Positions 1-10,930 of a stretch of 32,000 nucleotides of DNA are shown here, piece by piece. The stretch is from NCBI GenBank assembly GCA_947244595.1, contig CAMXKT010000002.1:47520-79519 (forward strand), given 5' to 3'. The stretch comes from an uncultured Oscillibacter sp. (GTDB taxonomy: Bacteria > Bacillota > Clostridia > Oscillospirales > Oscillospiraceae). A model generated the notes under the pieces. That model was not told where the DNA came from. It saw nothing but the letters and a program-made list of their open reading frames with translations, and did no database searches. The number at the start of each line of letters is the position of its first letter. Within the stretch, counting starts at the first letter, position 1. Made by a program: the position numbers and the translations under genes.

Positions 1-7
1 ATTCTGA

Positions 8-1726
<1,719 letters not shown>

Positions 1727-1791
1727 CCGAAGCCACGCCGTCCCTTGAAAACACTACGTTTTCAGCTTTTTCAAAAATACTGTTTTACGAA

Positions 1792-1820
1792 CCCCGCCCT
1801 TTCGACAGCGGGGCTTTTTT
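1792..1820 (+). terminator. rho-independent terminator after the recombinase gene
   Basis: CCCCGC (1792-1797) pairs with GCGGGG (1808-1813), followed by C and TTTTTT (1815-1820). Confidence 0.7.
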
Positions 1821-1827
1821 ATATGGG

Positions 1828-2847
1828 TTAGTTCAGCTTCACGGCCTTGCCTGTTCTCCACGCCTCCGTGGTGGCGTAGCCGATGGCGGTGGACTTGGTC
1901 CCGTCGTAGACGCTGACCCCGGGGGTCTTCCCCTGGAGCACGCAGTCCACAAACTCCTGGACCTCGATGAGGTAGGCCTCCTCGAACCGCTCCGGGAAGG
2001 AGCCCACGCACTCGGCGCACACGCCGTTTTGGTTGTACAGCCGGGCCTGGTTCTTCTCGGGCACGGCGGAGATGCGGATGGTGCCCTCGGTGCCCACGAT
2101 CTCCGTCTCTACGTGGTAGCCGTAGGGGGCCGTCCGGCCCACATGGATCATGCCCATGGCGCCGTTCTCGAATTTGTACACGGCCACGCCGGTCTCGTCG
2201 TCCCCGGCTTCCTTGAACTCCGGGTGCTTGAAGGTGGCGCCCATGGCGTAGACCTCCGTTGCCTCGCAGCCCAGGAACCAGCGCATCAGGTCGATGTCGT
2301 GAATGGCCATGTCCAGGAAGATGCCGCCGGAGGTCTTGGCAAAGCGGATGGCCCCGTCCACAAACGCCTCCGGGTCGATGCCCGTGGCCTTCACCAGGTA
2401 GGGCGTGCCGATGGCCCCCTCCTCGATCTTCTGCTTGGCGTAGGAATAGGACTTGTCATAGCGCCGCATGAAGCCCAGCATGAAGGTGAGCTCCGGGTGG
2501 CGCTCCACGGCGGCCTCCGCCTGCTTGCACTGGGTCACGTCCACCCCCAGGGGCTTTTCGGAGAAGACGTGCTTCCCCGCGTCCAAGGCGGCCTCGATCT
2601 GCCAGCAGTGCTCGGAGGAGGTGGTGACGATGACCACCGCGTCGATGTCGGCCTTCGCCAGCATCTCCTTGTAGTCCGTGTAGACGTCCGTGACGCCCAG
2701 CTCGGTTTTGGCGTACTCCAGCTCGGCGGGGACGATGGAACAGGCCGCCGTCAGCTCCGCGCCGGGGATTTTATAGCGGAGGTTCTGGGCGTGGACCTTG
2801 CCCAGGCGGCCAAGGCCCACAATGCCGACTTTTACTTTTTCCATCAC
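1828..2847 (-). CDS. Gfo/Idh/MocA family oxidoreductase (inositol 2-dehydrogenase-like)
   Basis: 339-aa ORF. It has an N-terminal Rossmann motif VGIVGLGRLG and an FSEKP motif typical of the family. It is the last gene of the sugar ABC operon and overlaps the permease stop by 4 nt. Confidence 0.85.
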   Translation of the reverse strand: MMEKVKVGIVGLGRLGKVHAQNLRYKIPGAELTAACSIVPAELEYAKTELGVTDVYTDYKEMLAKADIDAVVIVTTSSEHCWQIEAALDAGKHVFSEKPLGVDVTQCKQAEAAVERHPELTFMLGFMRRYDKSYSYAKQKIEEGAIGTPYLVKATGIDPEAFVDGAIRFAKTSGGIFLDMAIHDIDLMRWFLGCEATEVYAMGATFKHPEFKEAGDDETGVAVYKFENGAMGMIHVGRTAPYGYHVETEIVGTEGTIRISAVPEKNQARLYNQNGVCAECVGSFPERFEEAYLIEVQEFVDCVLQGKTPGVSVYDGTKSTAIGYATTEAWRTGKAVKLN

Positions 2848-3857
2848 TTCGCGACCTTTTCCTTTTCCTCGGCCTCCTGCTTGGCGGCGGCGGCCATGCG
2901 GCGGTTCTTGGCCTCCACGCCGGCCCGGACCACGTCCATGAAGACCGCCAGGATGATGACCAGGCCCAAGACGATGTTCTGGCCCGCGGAGTCGATGGAC
3001 AGCATGGTGAAGCCGTTCCGCAGGACCGCGATGATCAGAGCGCCCAGCATGGTGCCCACCATGGTGCCCTTGCCGCCGGTGAAGGAGGCTCCGCCGATGA
3101 TGCAGGCCGCGATGGCGTCCGTGTCATAGGGCTGGTTGGCGTTGGCACCGTTGCAGATGCCGGACCGGCCGATGGAGACGATGCCGCCCAGGGCCGCCAT
3201 GACGCCGGACATGGTGTAGCAGAAGGTCAGCACGTTGGCTGTGTTGATGCCGGAGAGCCGGGTGGCCTCCATGTTGCCGCCGGCGCAGTAGATGGACCGG
3301 CCCAGAGCCGTGCGGCTGAGGAAGAGGTGCATGATGACGTAGAGGACGATGACCACCATGAAGCTGACAGGGAAGCCGCCGATGGTGGCCTTGCCCAGGA
3401 ACTGGACGGACTCGGGGAAGTTGTTGACCATCTGGCTGCCGGTGACCAGCAGGGCCAGGCCCCAGAGGACGTTCTTCATGCCCAGGGTGGACACGAAGGG
3501 GTGGGGCAGGTGCAGGCGGGTCAGCAGGGTGCCGTTGATGAAGCCCACCACGCCGCCGGCCACGATGGCTACCACCATCATCAGGACGCCGCTGGAGACC
3601 CCGGCCTTGTTCATGGCGCCCATGACGCAGGCGCAGAACACGGCGTTGGCTCCCACGGACAGGTCGATGCCCGCCGTAATGAGGCACAGCAGCATGCCCG
3701 TCGCCAGGAAAGCGTTGAAGGCCGTCTGCTTCAGGATGCCCATGAGGTTGCTGTAGCTGTAGAAGTTGGAGTTTGCAACTGACAAAACCACGCACATGAT
3801 TACCAGGGCCAGCAGGGTTCCCATTTGGAACCCGGACCCGCTCTTTTTCTTAGTCAT
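2844..3857 (-). CDS. sugar ABC transporter permease (RbsC/AraH-like)
   Basis: 337-aa, highly hydrophobic multi-TM ORF, translationally overlapped with the ATPase gene (3850-3857). Confidence 0.85.
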   Translation of the reverse strand: MTKKKSGSGFQMGTLLALVIMCVVLSVANSNFYSYSNLMGILKQTAFNAFLATGMLLCLITAGIDLSVGANAVFCACVMGAMNKAGVSSGVLMMVVAIVAGGVVGFINGTLLTRLHLPHPFVSTLGMKNVLWGLALLVTGSQMVNNFPESVQFLGKATIGGFPVSFMVVIVLYVIMHLFLSRTALGRSIYCAGGNMEATRLSGINTANVLTFCYTMSGVMAALGGIVSIGRSGICNGANANQPYDTDAIAACIIGGASFTGGKGTMVGTMLGALIIAVLRNGFTMLSIDSAGQNIVLGLVIILAVFMDVVRAGVEAKNRRMAAAAKQEAEEKEKVAK

Positions 3858-5352
3858 CTAAACTACCTCCCCAAGCCGCTTTCATGATGTCCTCCTGGTT
3901 GAAATGCTTGCTGTCCCGGTCCACAGTGGCCATGACCCGGCCGCCCCGCATGACGACCACCCGGTCGCTCATGCCCAGGATCTCCGGCATTTCGGAGGAG
4001 ATCATGATGACGCATTTTCCCGCCTTTACCAGGCTGTTCATAACATTGTAAACCTCGACCTTGGCTCCCACGTCGATGCCTCGGGTGGGCTCGTCGAAGA
4101 TGTAGATGTCCGCCTCACTGTTGAGCCATTTTCCGATGACCACCTTCTGCTGGTTGCCGCCGGAGAGCTGGCCCACGATCTCGTCGATGGAAGGGGTCTT
4201 GATCCGCAGGGTGCTGATGTGCCCCTCGCCGGACTCCTGAATGCGCTTTTCATCCAGGAACAGCCCCGTGGTGTACCGCTTCAAACTGGAGAGCACCAGG
4301 TTCGTCCGGATGGACTCCTGGAGCACCAGGCCCTGGCCCTTCCGGTCCTCCGTCAGCAGGGCGATGCCCTCGGCGATGGCCTGCTTGGGGCTCTTGACGT
4401 TGACTTCTTTTCCCTTGATGTAGATTTTGCCGCCGTCGATGGGGTCCGCGCCGAAGACGGCCCGAACGGTCTCCGTCCGCCCCGCGCCCACCAGGCCGCT
4501 CATGCCCAGGATCTGGCCTCCGTAGGCCTCCAGGCTCACGTTTTTCAGCACGCCGCCGATGGAGAGATTCTCAATCTTCAGCATGCATTCGCCCTTGGTT
4601 CCAAACTCCTTGGGGAACTGGTTCTCCAGGGTCCGGCCCACCATGGCGGTGATGAGGGAGTCGTTGTTCCAGTCGGCAATGTCCCGGGTTTCGATGAACT
4701 CGCCGTCCCGGATGACCGTCACCCGGTCGCAGAGCTCGAAGAGCTCCTCCAGCTTGTGGGAGACGAAGAGGATGCCCACGCCCCGGGCCTTCAGCTCCCG
4801 GCAGGTCTGCATCAGCTGCTTGACCTCTTTTTCGCCCAGGGAGGACGTGGGCTCGTCCATGATGATCATTTTCGCGTCGATCAGGACGGCCTTGGCGATT
4901 TCGATCATCTGCTGGACGCCCATGCCGAAGGTGCCCGCGGCCTTCCGGGGATCGATGTCCTGGCCCAGGGACTGCATGACCTCGGCGGCCTTTTTGTGCA
5001 TGCCCTCGTAGTCCAGGAGGAAGCCCTTCTTGGTCCATTTGTTGATAAAGATGTTGTCCGTGACGCTGAGGAGCTTTTCGATGTTCAGCTCCTGGTACAC
5101 GCAGGCGATGCCCGCGGCGGCGGACTCGTTGGGATTCTTGAAGACCTTCCGCTCTCCGTGGACATAGATCTCGCCCTCGTCCGCCATGTGGACGCCGGTG
5201 AGAACCTTAATCAGCGTGGATTTGCCCGCGCCGTTCTCTCCGATCAGTCCGTGGATCTCGCCCGGCTTCACGGCCAGCTGCATGTTGTGCAGGGCCACAA
5301 CGCCGGGGAATCGTTTGGTTACGTTTCTCAGCTCAACTACGTATTCGCCCAC
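3850..5352 (-). CDS. sugar ABC transporter ATP-binding protein with duplicated nucleotide-binding domains (RbsA/MglA-like)
   Basis: 500 aa. It has Walker A GENGAGKST, a second NBD with GLVGAGRTE, and the signature LSGGNQQK. It uses a GTG start at 5352, 7 nt after GAGGTG. Confidence 0.9.
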   Translation of the reverse strand: MGEYVVELRNVTKRFPGVVALHNMQLAVKPGEIHGLIGENGAGKSTLIKVLTGVHMADEGEIYVHGERKVFKNPNESAAAGIACVYQELNIEKLLSVTDNIFINKWTKKGFLLDYEGMHKKAAEVMQSLGQDIDPRKAAGTFGMGVQQMIEIAKAVLIDAKMIIMDEPTSSLGEKEVKQLMQTCRELKARGVGILFVSHKLEELFELCDRVTVIRDGEFIETRDIADWNNDSLITAMVGRTLENQFPKEFGTKGECMLKIENLSIGGVLKNVSLEAYGGQILGMSGLVGAGRTETVRAVFGADPIDGGKIYIKGKEVNVKSPKQAIAEGIALLTEDRKGQGLVLQESIRTNLVLSSLKRYTTGLFLDEKRIQESGEGHISTLRIKTPSIDEIVGQLSGGNQQKVVIGKWLNSEADIYIFDEPTRGIDVGAKVEVYNVMNSLVKAGKCVIMISSEMPEILGMSDRVVVMRGGRVMATVDRDSKHFNQEDIMKAAWGGSLDD

Positions 5353-5430
5353 CTAATCATCACCTCATTCTCTTGGAAATCCGTGGTTTCGCAACACACC
5401 GGTTCTGGAAATATGTTACAGGAGGAAGAG

Positions 5431-5469
5431 AAAAGGGGCCCCGCTCCGGCGGAGCCGGAACGGGGCCCC
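5431..5469 (-). terminator. intercistronic hairpin/attenuator between the binding-protein gene and the ATPase gene
   Basis: 16-nt arms 5435-5450 and 5454-5469 (GGGGCCCCGCTCCGGC / GCCGGAACGGGGCCCC, one mismatch). The A-run 5431-5434 is a T-run on the minus strand. Confidence 0.6.
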
Positions 5470-5506
5470 TTCAGCTCACTTCAAAAGGGATGTACGGCTT
5501 TGCTTA

Positions 5507-6550
5507 TTAGGCCAGGTAGCCCTGGAGCTGCTCCAGGCGGGCCTGGGCGTTGGAGGGATCGACGATGCTGGCGCCGGCGTCGATGAACTCGTCCAGCTGC
5601 TCGCCCTGGAGGGCGCGGACCACGGCGTCAACGGAGTTGTAGCCCATGCTGTAGCCCTCCTGGCAGACGGACATGGTCTCTTCACCGGCCAGGATGGAGT
5701 TGCAGGCGGACTGGATGCCGTCGAAGCCCAGGAAGACGGTGTTCTTGTAGTTTTCGTTTCCGGAGGCGGCGGCGGCACGGGCGGCGGCCATGGCCATGTC
5801 GTCATTGTTGGCGCAGATGACCGCGATTCCCTCGGGGTGGTTCTGGATGATGGCTTCCATGCAGGTCACGGCCTGGTCGGCCACGGCGTTGGCGTACTGG
5901 GTCTCGTCGGAGAGGAAGGTTCCGCCGGCGGCCTCGATGCCGGCCTTGTAGCCCGCCATACGGGCCTCGTTGGTGGAGTCGCCCTGGACGCCCGCGATCT
6001 CGATGCACTTGATCTCGGTCCAGCCCCGCTCCTTGGCCAGGTTGGCGGCGGCTTCGCCGCCCAGCTTGCCCGCGGCCTCGTTGCCGGTGCCCACGAAGGA
6101 CAGGACCTCGGGGGCGTCGATGTCGGTATCCACGGCTACGATGGGCTTGGTCTGTCCGGAGATCATGTTGGCCACCATGTCCGCCTGCAGGGGGGCGATG
6201 ACATAGCCGTCAATATCTCCGTTGTTCATGTCGGTTTCGATCATGTTCAGCTGCTCGTCATAGGCCGTTTCGGAGGTGGCTCCCTTGACCGTGACGGTCA
6301 CATTGGGATGGTCCTTCTGATAGGCGTTGGCTCCGGCCACCACATAGCCCCAGTACTCGGAGGCGGTGGTCTTCAGGATGACGGAGATGTTGTAGCTCTC
6401 GTCGCCGCCGGAGGAGCCGGAATCGGCGGGCTGGGACTGCTGCTGTCCGCCGTCCGCGGCGGAGGAGTCGGCGGGCTTGTCGCCGCCGCCGCAGGCGGCC
6501 AGGGACAGGGCCATGGCAAGGGTGAGGATCAGCGCAAGAAACTTCTTCAT
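5507..6550 (-). CDS. sugar ABC transporter substrate-binding lipoprotein
   Basis: ORF 5507-6721. The preferred start is ATG 6550 (MKKFLALILTLAMALSLAACGG), which gives a signal peptide plus lipobox and is preceded by GAAAAGGAGAAAAG. The fold is periplasmic-binding-protein type I-like. Confidence 0.85.
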   Translation of the reverse strand: MKKFLALILTLAMALSLAACGGGDKPADSSAADGGQQQSQPADSGSSGGDESYNISVILKTTASEYWGYVVAGANAYQKDHPNVTVTVKGATSETAYDEQLNMIETDMNNGDIDGYVIAPLQADMVANMISGQTKPIVAVDTDIDAPEVLSFVGTGNEAAGKLGGEAAANLAKERGWTEIKCIEIAGVQGDSTNEARMAGYKAGIEAAGGTFLSDETQYANAVADQAVTCMEAIIQNHPEGIAVICANNDDMAMAAARAAAASGNENYKNTVFLGFDGIQSACNSILAGEETMSVCQEGYSMGYNSVDAVVRALQGEQLDEFIDAGASIVDPSNAQARLEQLQGYLA

Positions 6551-6614
6551 ACTTCTTTTCTCCTTTTCAAATAGTTTCCCGGAAACGTGCAGCGTCCCAC
6601 CAAAAGGTTCTGTT

Positions 6615-6657
6615 CCCCGCGCTTGAAAAGCGCGGGGAAAGGGAGTACTCCCTTTCC
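6615..6657 (-). promoter_or_regulatory. two adjacent GC-rich hairpins in the 5' leader of the ABC operon (function unknown)
   Basis: CCCCGCGC (6615-6622) pairs with GCGCGGGG (6630-6637), and GGAAAGGGAG (6636-6645) pairs with CTCCCTTTCC (6648-6657). The two hairpins share 2 nt. No T-run follows on the minus strand. Confidence 0.3.
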
Positions 6658-6715
6658 AAAATCCCTTCGGGAAATGACCGTCATGTCTCCGGTAAATACG
6701 CCCGTATTTTAGCAC

Positions 6716-6745
6716 AAGCATCCGCCGCCAGTCAAGAAGAGTATA
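6716..6745 (-). promoter_or_regulatory. candidate promoter of the sugar ABC operon
   Basis: Minus strand reads TTGACT (6745-6740), 18-nt spacer, TAAAAT (6721-6716), preceded by TGc (extended -10). Confidence 0.55.
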
Positions 6746-6865
6746 CCATATTTATACACTATCGAAAAAATAGAAGGATATTTTTGTGGATAGTATCTAA
6801 GGAAGAAACCCTGTGATTCCCAAAAATATCCAACTTTTCGACGGACAGTTTCTCAGCGGAAAAAA

Positions 6866-8692
6866 TTATTCTCTCACGCCCGCCCGCCAGTCCCGAATGG
6901 CCTTTAAAAAGATCTCGCCGTAGCGCTCCGCCTTGACTCTGCCCACGCCGGAGACCTGCAGAAACTCCTCCATATCCAGGGGCCGGAGGGCCGCCATGTC
7001 CGCCAGGGCGGCGTTGGAAAAGATCATGTAGGCGGGGACTCCCGCCTCCCGGGCCAGCCGGAAGCGGACGGCTTTCAGCGCCGAGAGCAGGCTTCCGTCC
7101 ACCTCCCGTGGAGCAGCCTGCGGGGCGGACTCCGCGGAAGACTCAGGCTCCGCCCTCTCCCGGAGGAAAACCCGCTCCCCCCGGAAGAGCACATCCCCCG
7201 CCCGGCCCGTCAACCGAAGAACGGGGTACTCCTCCCCGTCGCTGCGGAGGTATCCCCCCTCCATCAGGCGGTCGATGTACCGCTGGACACGCTCCTGGTC
7301 CACGCCTTTCAGGGCCCCGTGGGTGGGAAGCCGGTCCAAGCCCAGCTGGAGGGTCCGTTTGTCCCGGCTGCCCCGGAGGAGCTTGATGATGGCGGCGGCC
7401 CCCAGGCCGTAGGGGTGGAGCTTCTCCACCCGGGCCACGGCGGAGAGGATCTTTTGGGCCTCCACGGTGACGTCCCGCTCCGTGAAGTCCCCAACACAGC
7501 TGCCGCAGTTCCCGCAGCGGCCCCCGTGGATCTCCCCGAAGTAGTCCAGCAGCTCCGCCCGGAGGCAGCGGTCGGTCTTGCAGTAGCCCACCATCCGGTC
7601 CAGACGGCTCAGGTCCCGGCGGAGCCGGTCCGGGTCCCCCTCCTGGGCCTCCTGAGAGTGGGTGATGAGGAACTTTGCGGTCTGCACGTCCCCGGGGGCG
7701 TAGAGCAGCACGCAGCGGGCGGGGCTTCCGTCCCGTCCGGCCCGGCCCGCCTCCTGGTAGTAGCTCTCCAGGTCCTTGGGCATGTTGTAGTGGACCACAA
7801 AGCTCACGTTGGATTTGTCGATGCCCATGCCGAAGGCGTTGGTGGCCACCATGACCCGGACCTGGTCGTAGACAAAGCCCTCCTGGCTCTGGCGGCGGTC
7901 TCCGTCCTCCATACCGGCGTGATACCGGGCGGCGGGAACGCCCTGGGCCAGCAGGGAGGCGGTGACGGCGTCCACGGTCTTCCGGGTGGCGCAGTAGACA
8001 ATGCCGCTCTGGTCCGGCCGCTCCGCCAAGAAGCGGCGGAGCCAGAGATCCTTGTCCCTGGGCCGGACCACCTCGAAGAAGAGGTTGGGCCGGTCAAAGC
8101 CCGTGGTGATCCGCAGGGGCTCCCGGAGCTCCAGCAGGGTTTCGATGTCCTGGCGCACCGCCGCCGTGGCCGTGGCGGTAAAGGCCCCCACCGGGGGGCG
8201 AACGGGCAGGGAGCGCACCAGCTCCGCGATCTCCAGATAGCTGGGCCGGAAGTCCTGGCCCCACTGGGAGACGCAGTGGGCCTCATCCACCGCCACCAGG
8301 GAGACGGGAAGCTCCCCCAGCAGACGGCGGAAGCCCTCGGCCTGGAGCCGCTCCGGGGCGATGTACAGGAGCTTGCAGTCCCCCCGCCGGACCCGGCGGT
8401 AGACCTCCCGGTACTCCTCCGCATCCAGGGAGGAGTTGAGGAAGGCGGCGGGGACCCCCGCCTGGGCCAGGGCGGCCACCTGATCCTTCATCAGGGAGAT
8501 CAGGGGGGAGATCACCAGGGTCAGCCCCGGCAGCAGCAGGGCGGGGAACTGATAGCAGACGGACTTCCCCGCCCCGGTGGGCATGACGCCCATCACGTCC
8601 CGGCCGTTCAGCAGGGCGTCCACCAGGGGTTCCTGACCGGGGCGGAAGCCGCCGTGGCCGAAGTACTGTTTCAAGAGGGTCAGCTTGTCCAT
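6866..8692 (-). CDS. recQ: ATP-dependent DNA helicase RecQ
   Basis: 608 aa. The N-terminus FGHGGFRPGQEPLVDALLNGRDVMGVMPTGAGKSVCYQ and the DEAH box (VAVDEAHCVSQWGQDFRPSY) match RecQ. It also has the RecQ zinc-binding Cys cluster (CRAELLDYFGE..CGNCGSC) and a C-terminal HRDC-like region. Confidence 0.95.
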   Translation of the reverse strand: MDKLTLLKQYFGHGGFRPGQEPLVDALLNGRDVMGVMPTGAGKSVCYQFPALLLPGLTLVISPLISLMKDQVAALAQAGVPAAFLNSSLDAEEYREVYRRVRRGDCKLLYIAPERLQAEGFRRLLGELPVSLVAVDEAHCVSQWGQDFRPSYLEIAELVRSLPVRPPVGAFTATATAAVRQDIETLLELREPLRITTGFDRPNLFFEVVRPRDKDLWLRRFLAERPDQSGIVYCATRKTVDAVTASLLAQGVPAARYHAGMEDGDRRQSQEGFVYDQVRVMVATNAFGMGIDKSNVSFVVHYNMPKDLESYYQEAGRAGRDGSPARCVLLYAPGDVQTAKFLITHSQEAQEGDPDRLRRDLSRLDRMVGYCKTDRCLRAELLDYFGEIHGGRCGNCGSCVGDFTERDVTVEAQKILSAVARVEKLHPYGLGAAAIIKLLRGSRDKRTLQLGLDRLPTHGALKGVDQERVQRYIDRLMEGGYLRSDGEEYPVLRLTGRAGDVLFRGERVFLRERAEPESSAESAPQAAPREVDGSLLSALKAVRFRLAREAGVPAYMIFSNAALADMAALRPLDMEEFLQVSGVGRVKAERYGEIFLKAIRDWRAGVRE

Positions 8693-8702
8693 GGGGCCTC
8701 CC

Positions 8703-9461
8703 TTACTTTTTCACGATGAGCAGATAACGGTGGATGGTCCCCCGGACCTCGCCTTTCGCCCGGATCTCCTCCCGCATGGCGCGGAGCGCGTCGAAGCAGC
8801 GGTCCACGGAGAAGCCGGGGAACTCCCACTCAATGACCCGGGCGAACCAGACGAAGGCCCCCACGTCGTAAAAGAGGATGGGCCGGAAGGCCTCCTCCCC
8901 CCGGAGGATCTGAAAGCCCGCCTTCTCGAAAGCCGCCCGCTGTTCCCGAAGATTCATGTGGGGGAAGGGCTTGGGGGTCCCGGGGAGAACCCGCTCCACC
9001 AAATCCCGTTCGTTGTCCTCCCCCACCTGCTCCGTGAGGAACACGCCGCCGGGCTTTAAGAGCCGGAAGAGCTCCGCCGGATCGAAGGCCCCGTGGCGGT
9101 TGAGAATGATATCGAAGGATTCGTCCGGGAAGGGGATGGCCGAGGGATCGGCGCACTCCCGGAAGTCGATCCCCAGGGGCGGAAGAACCTCCTGGCAGAG
9201 CTTCACATTGGGGGGATAGCCCTCCGTGGCGGCGGTACGCTCTGGCGGATGGCCTAGGGAGCGCAGGAACTCCCCGCCCCCGGTGTCATAGTCCAGGAGG
9301 GCCATGTCCTCCCGAAGGACCTCCCGGACCAGGGCCCGATAATCCCAGGGCAGGTCGTGCTCCTCCTCAAACCGGCCCTGGATGTGGGAGAAATCCCAGC
9401 CGTGAATGTGGGCCTGGGTCTCCTCCTCTTTCCAGAGGGCCTTCCATTCCGCGTCGGTCAT
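8703..9461 (-). CDS. class I SAM-dependent methyltransferase
   Basis: ORF 8703-9494. The preferred start is ATG 9461, 8 nt after AGGAGG. It has a SAM-binding motif LLDYDTGGGEF and a later LKPGGVFL motif. Confidence 0.8.
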   Translation of the reverse strand: MTDAEWKALWKEEETQAHIHGWDFSHIQGRFEEEHDLPWDYRALVREVLREDMALLDYDTGGGEFLRSLGHPPERTAATEGYPPNVKLCQEVLPPLGIDFRECADPSAIPFPDESFDIILNRHGAFDPAELFRLLKPGGVFLTEQVGEDNERDLVERVLPGTPKPFPHMNLREQRAAFEKAGFQILRGEEAFRPILFYDVGAFVWFARVIEWEFPGFSVDRCFDALRAMREEIRAKGEVRGTIHRYLLIVKK

Positions 9462-9545
9462 GGGCCCGCCTCCTTTCCCCTCTGATTTTACCACGGAGAC
9501 TCCGGCAGTTCAAGAAGGGAAACCGCCCTCCCCCGGCGGTCCCCA

Positions 9546-9574
9546 TTGACGTTCCCCAGGGGCGGCGGTATAAT
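9546..9574 (+). promoter_or_regulatory. candidate promoter of the GNAT gene
   Basis: TTGACG (9546-9551), 17-nt spacer, TATAAT (9569-9574). Confidence 0.55.
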
Positions 9575-9606
9575 CAGAGCCATTCACCACGGCAGGAGGG
9601 CGGGAC

Positions 9607-10092
9607 ATGAACTTGACTTATAAGCGGGCGTCGCTGGATGACCTGGAACTTTTGACGGAGACGAGGATCGAGGTGCTGCGGGCGGCCAACGGGCTGCCGG
9701 AGGACACGGACATGGACGAGGTGCGGGAGCGGACCCGCCGCTATTATCAGCGGGCCCTCCCGGACGGCACGCACACCGCGTTTCTGGCGCTGGACGGAGA
9801 CCGCCTGGCGGGGACGGGCGGCGTCAGCTTTTTTCAGGTCATGCCCACCTATCACAACCCCAGCGGGCAAAAGGCGTACATTATGAACATGTACACGCGC
9901 CCCGAATACAGGCGAACAGGCGTCGCCAGCAGGACCCTGGACCTGCTGGTCCGGGACGCCCGGCGCCGGGGCGTCAAGGCAATTTCCCTGGAGGCCACCG
10001 CCATGGGGCGGCCGCTGTATGAAAAATACGGCTTTGTGCGGATGAACGATGAAATGGAGCTGCCCCTTGACTTCCCCCCTCCCCCGCTGTAA
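9607..10092 (+). CDS. GNAT family N-acetyltransferase
   Basis: 161 aa. It has the acetyl-CoA binding motif region RRTGVASRTLDLLVRDARRRG and LYEKYGF near the C-terminus. The RBS GGAGGG lies upstream. Confidence 0.85.
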   Translation: MNLTYKRASLDDLELLTETRIEVLRAANGLPEDTDMDEVRERTRRYYQRALPDGTHTAFLALDGDRLAGTGGVSFFQVMPTYHNPSGQKAYIMNMYTRPEYRRTGVASRTLDLLVRDARRRGVKAISLEATAMGRPLYEKYGFVRMNDEMELPLDFPPPPL

Positions 10093-10131
10093 AATGGCAG
10101 CGATTGACAAATACGAGCTTGGAGGCGAAGC

Positions 10132-10875
10132 ATGGAGCACACAGATCTGATCGTCTGCCGGGACCTGTCCCTGGGCTACGAGGGGCACAGCGTCCTGAGC
10201 GGCCTGAATCTCCGGGTCCGGAGCGGGGACTACCTCTGCGTGGTGGGGGACAACGGCTCCGGGAAGTCCACCCTGCTCCGGGGGCTCCTGGGGCTCCTGC
10301 CGCCCCTTTCCGGGACCATCCAGCGGGCGGCGGAGCTGGAGCGGGGAGCCGTGGGCTATCTCCCCCAGCAGACCAAGGCCCAGAGGGACTTCCCCGCCAC
10401 AGTGGAGGAGGTGGTCCTTTCCGGCTGCCTGAATCAGAAGGGGCTGCGGTTCTTCTACACCGCCGCCCAGCGGTCCCGGGCGCTGATGAACCTGGGAAAG
10501 CTGGGCGTTCTGGAGCTCCGGGGCAAGAGCTACCGGGACCTTTCCGGAGGCCAGCAGCAGCGGGTGCTCCTGGCCCGGGCCCTGTGCGCCGCCAGCCGCC
10601 TCCTGATTTTGGACGAGCCCGTCACCGGCCTGGACCCCGCCGCCGCCCAGGACCTCTACAAGACCCTGAACTATTTAAATAGGAAGGAGGGCATGGCCGT
10701 GGTCATGGTGACCCACGATCTCCATCCCGCCCTCCGGGACGCGGGGACGGTGCTCCACATCGGGCACGGGGGGACCTTCCTGGGGACTCCGGCGGAGTAT
10801 CTGGCCTCCCCCTACGGCCGAAGATTCAAGGAGGCGGGTTCTTTTCTTGAAAGAAAAGAACCAAAAGAACTTTAG
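10132..10875 (+). CDS. metal (Zn/Mn-type) ABC transporter ATP-binding protein
   Basis: 247 aa. It has Walker A GDNGSGKST, signature LSGGQQQR and Walker B LLILDEP, and resembles the ZnuC/MntB family. Confidence 0.85.
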   Translation: MEHTDLIVCRDLSLGYEGHSVLSGLNLRVRSGDYLCVVGDNGSGKSTLLRGLLGLLPPLSGTIQRAAELERGAVGYLPQQTKAQRDFPATVEEVVLSGCLNQKGLRFFYTAAQRSRALMNLGKLGVLELRGKSYRDLSGGQQQRVLLARALCAASRLLILDEPVTGLDPAAAQDLYKTLNYLNRKEGMAVVMVTHDLHPALRDAGTVLHIGHGGTFLGTPAEYLASPYGRRFKEAGSFLERKEPKEL

Positions 10876-10930
10876 CGCGCTCTGCGGTCTGGAGATCAAC
10901 CAGGCCGAAGCGACGGCAACGAGGTGCCAC

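Noticed and set aside
3904-5586. A 560-aa plus-strand ORF opposite the ABC ATPase gene.
   Set aside because: It is antisense to a canonical double-NBD ATPase and has no motifs. This is a shadow ORF.
7319-8719. A 466-aa plus-strand ORF opposite recQ.
   Set aside because: It is antisense to an unmistakable RecQ helicase. This is a shadow ORF.
10847-10930. An upstream start for the metal ABC permease (ORF track start 10847), overlapping the ATPase gene end.
   Set aside because: The N-terminal 28 residues (MKEKNQKNFSALCGLEINQAEATATRCH) are hydrophilic and unlike ABC-3 permeases. ATG 10931 has an SD and starts directly with the conserved hydrophobic N-terminus.
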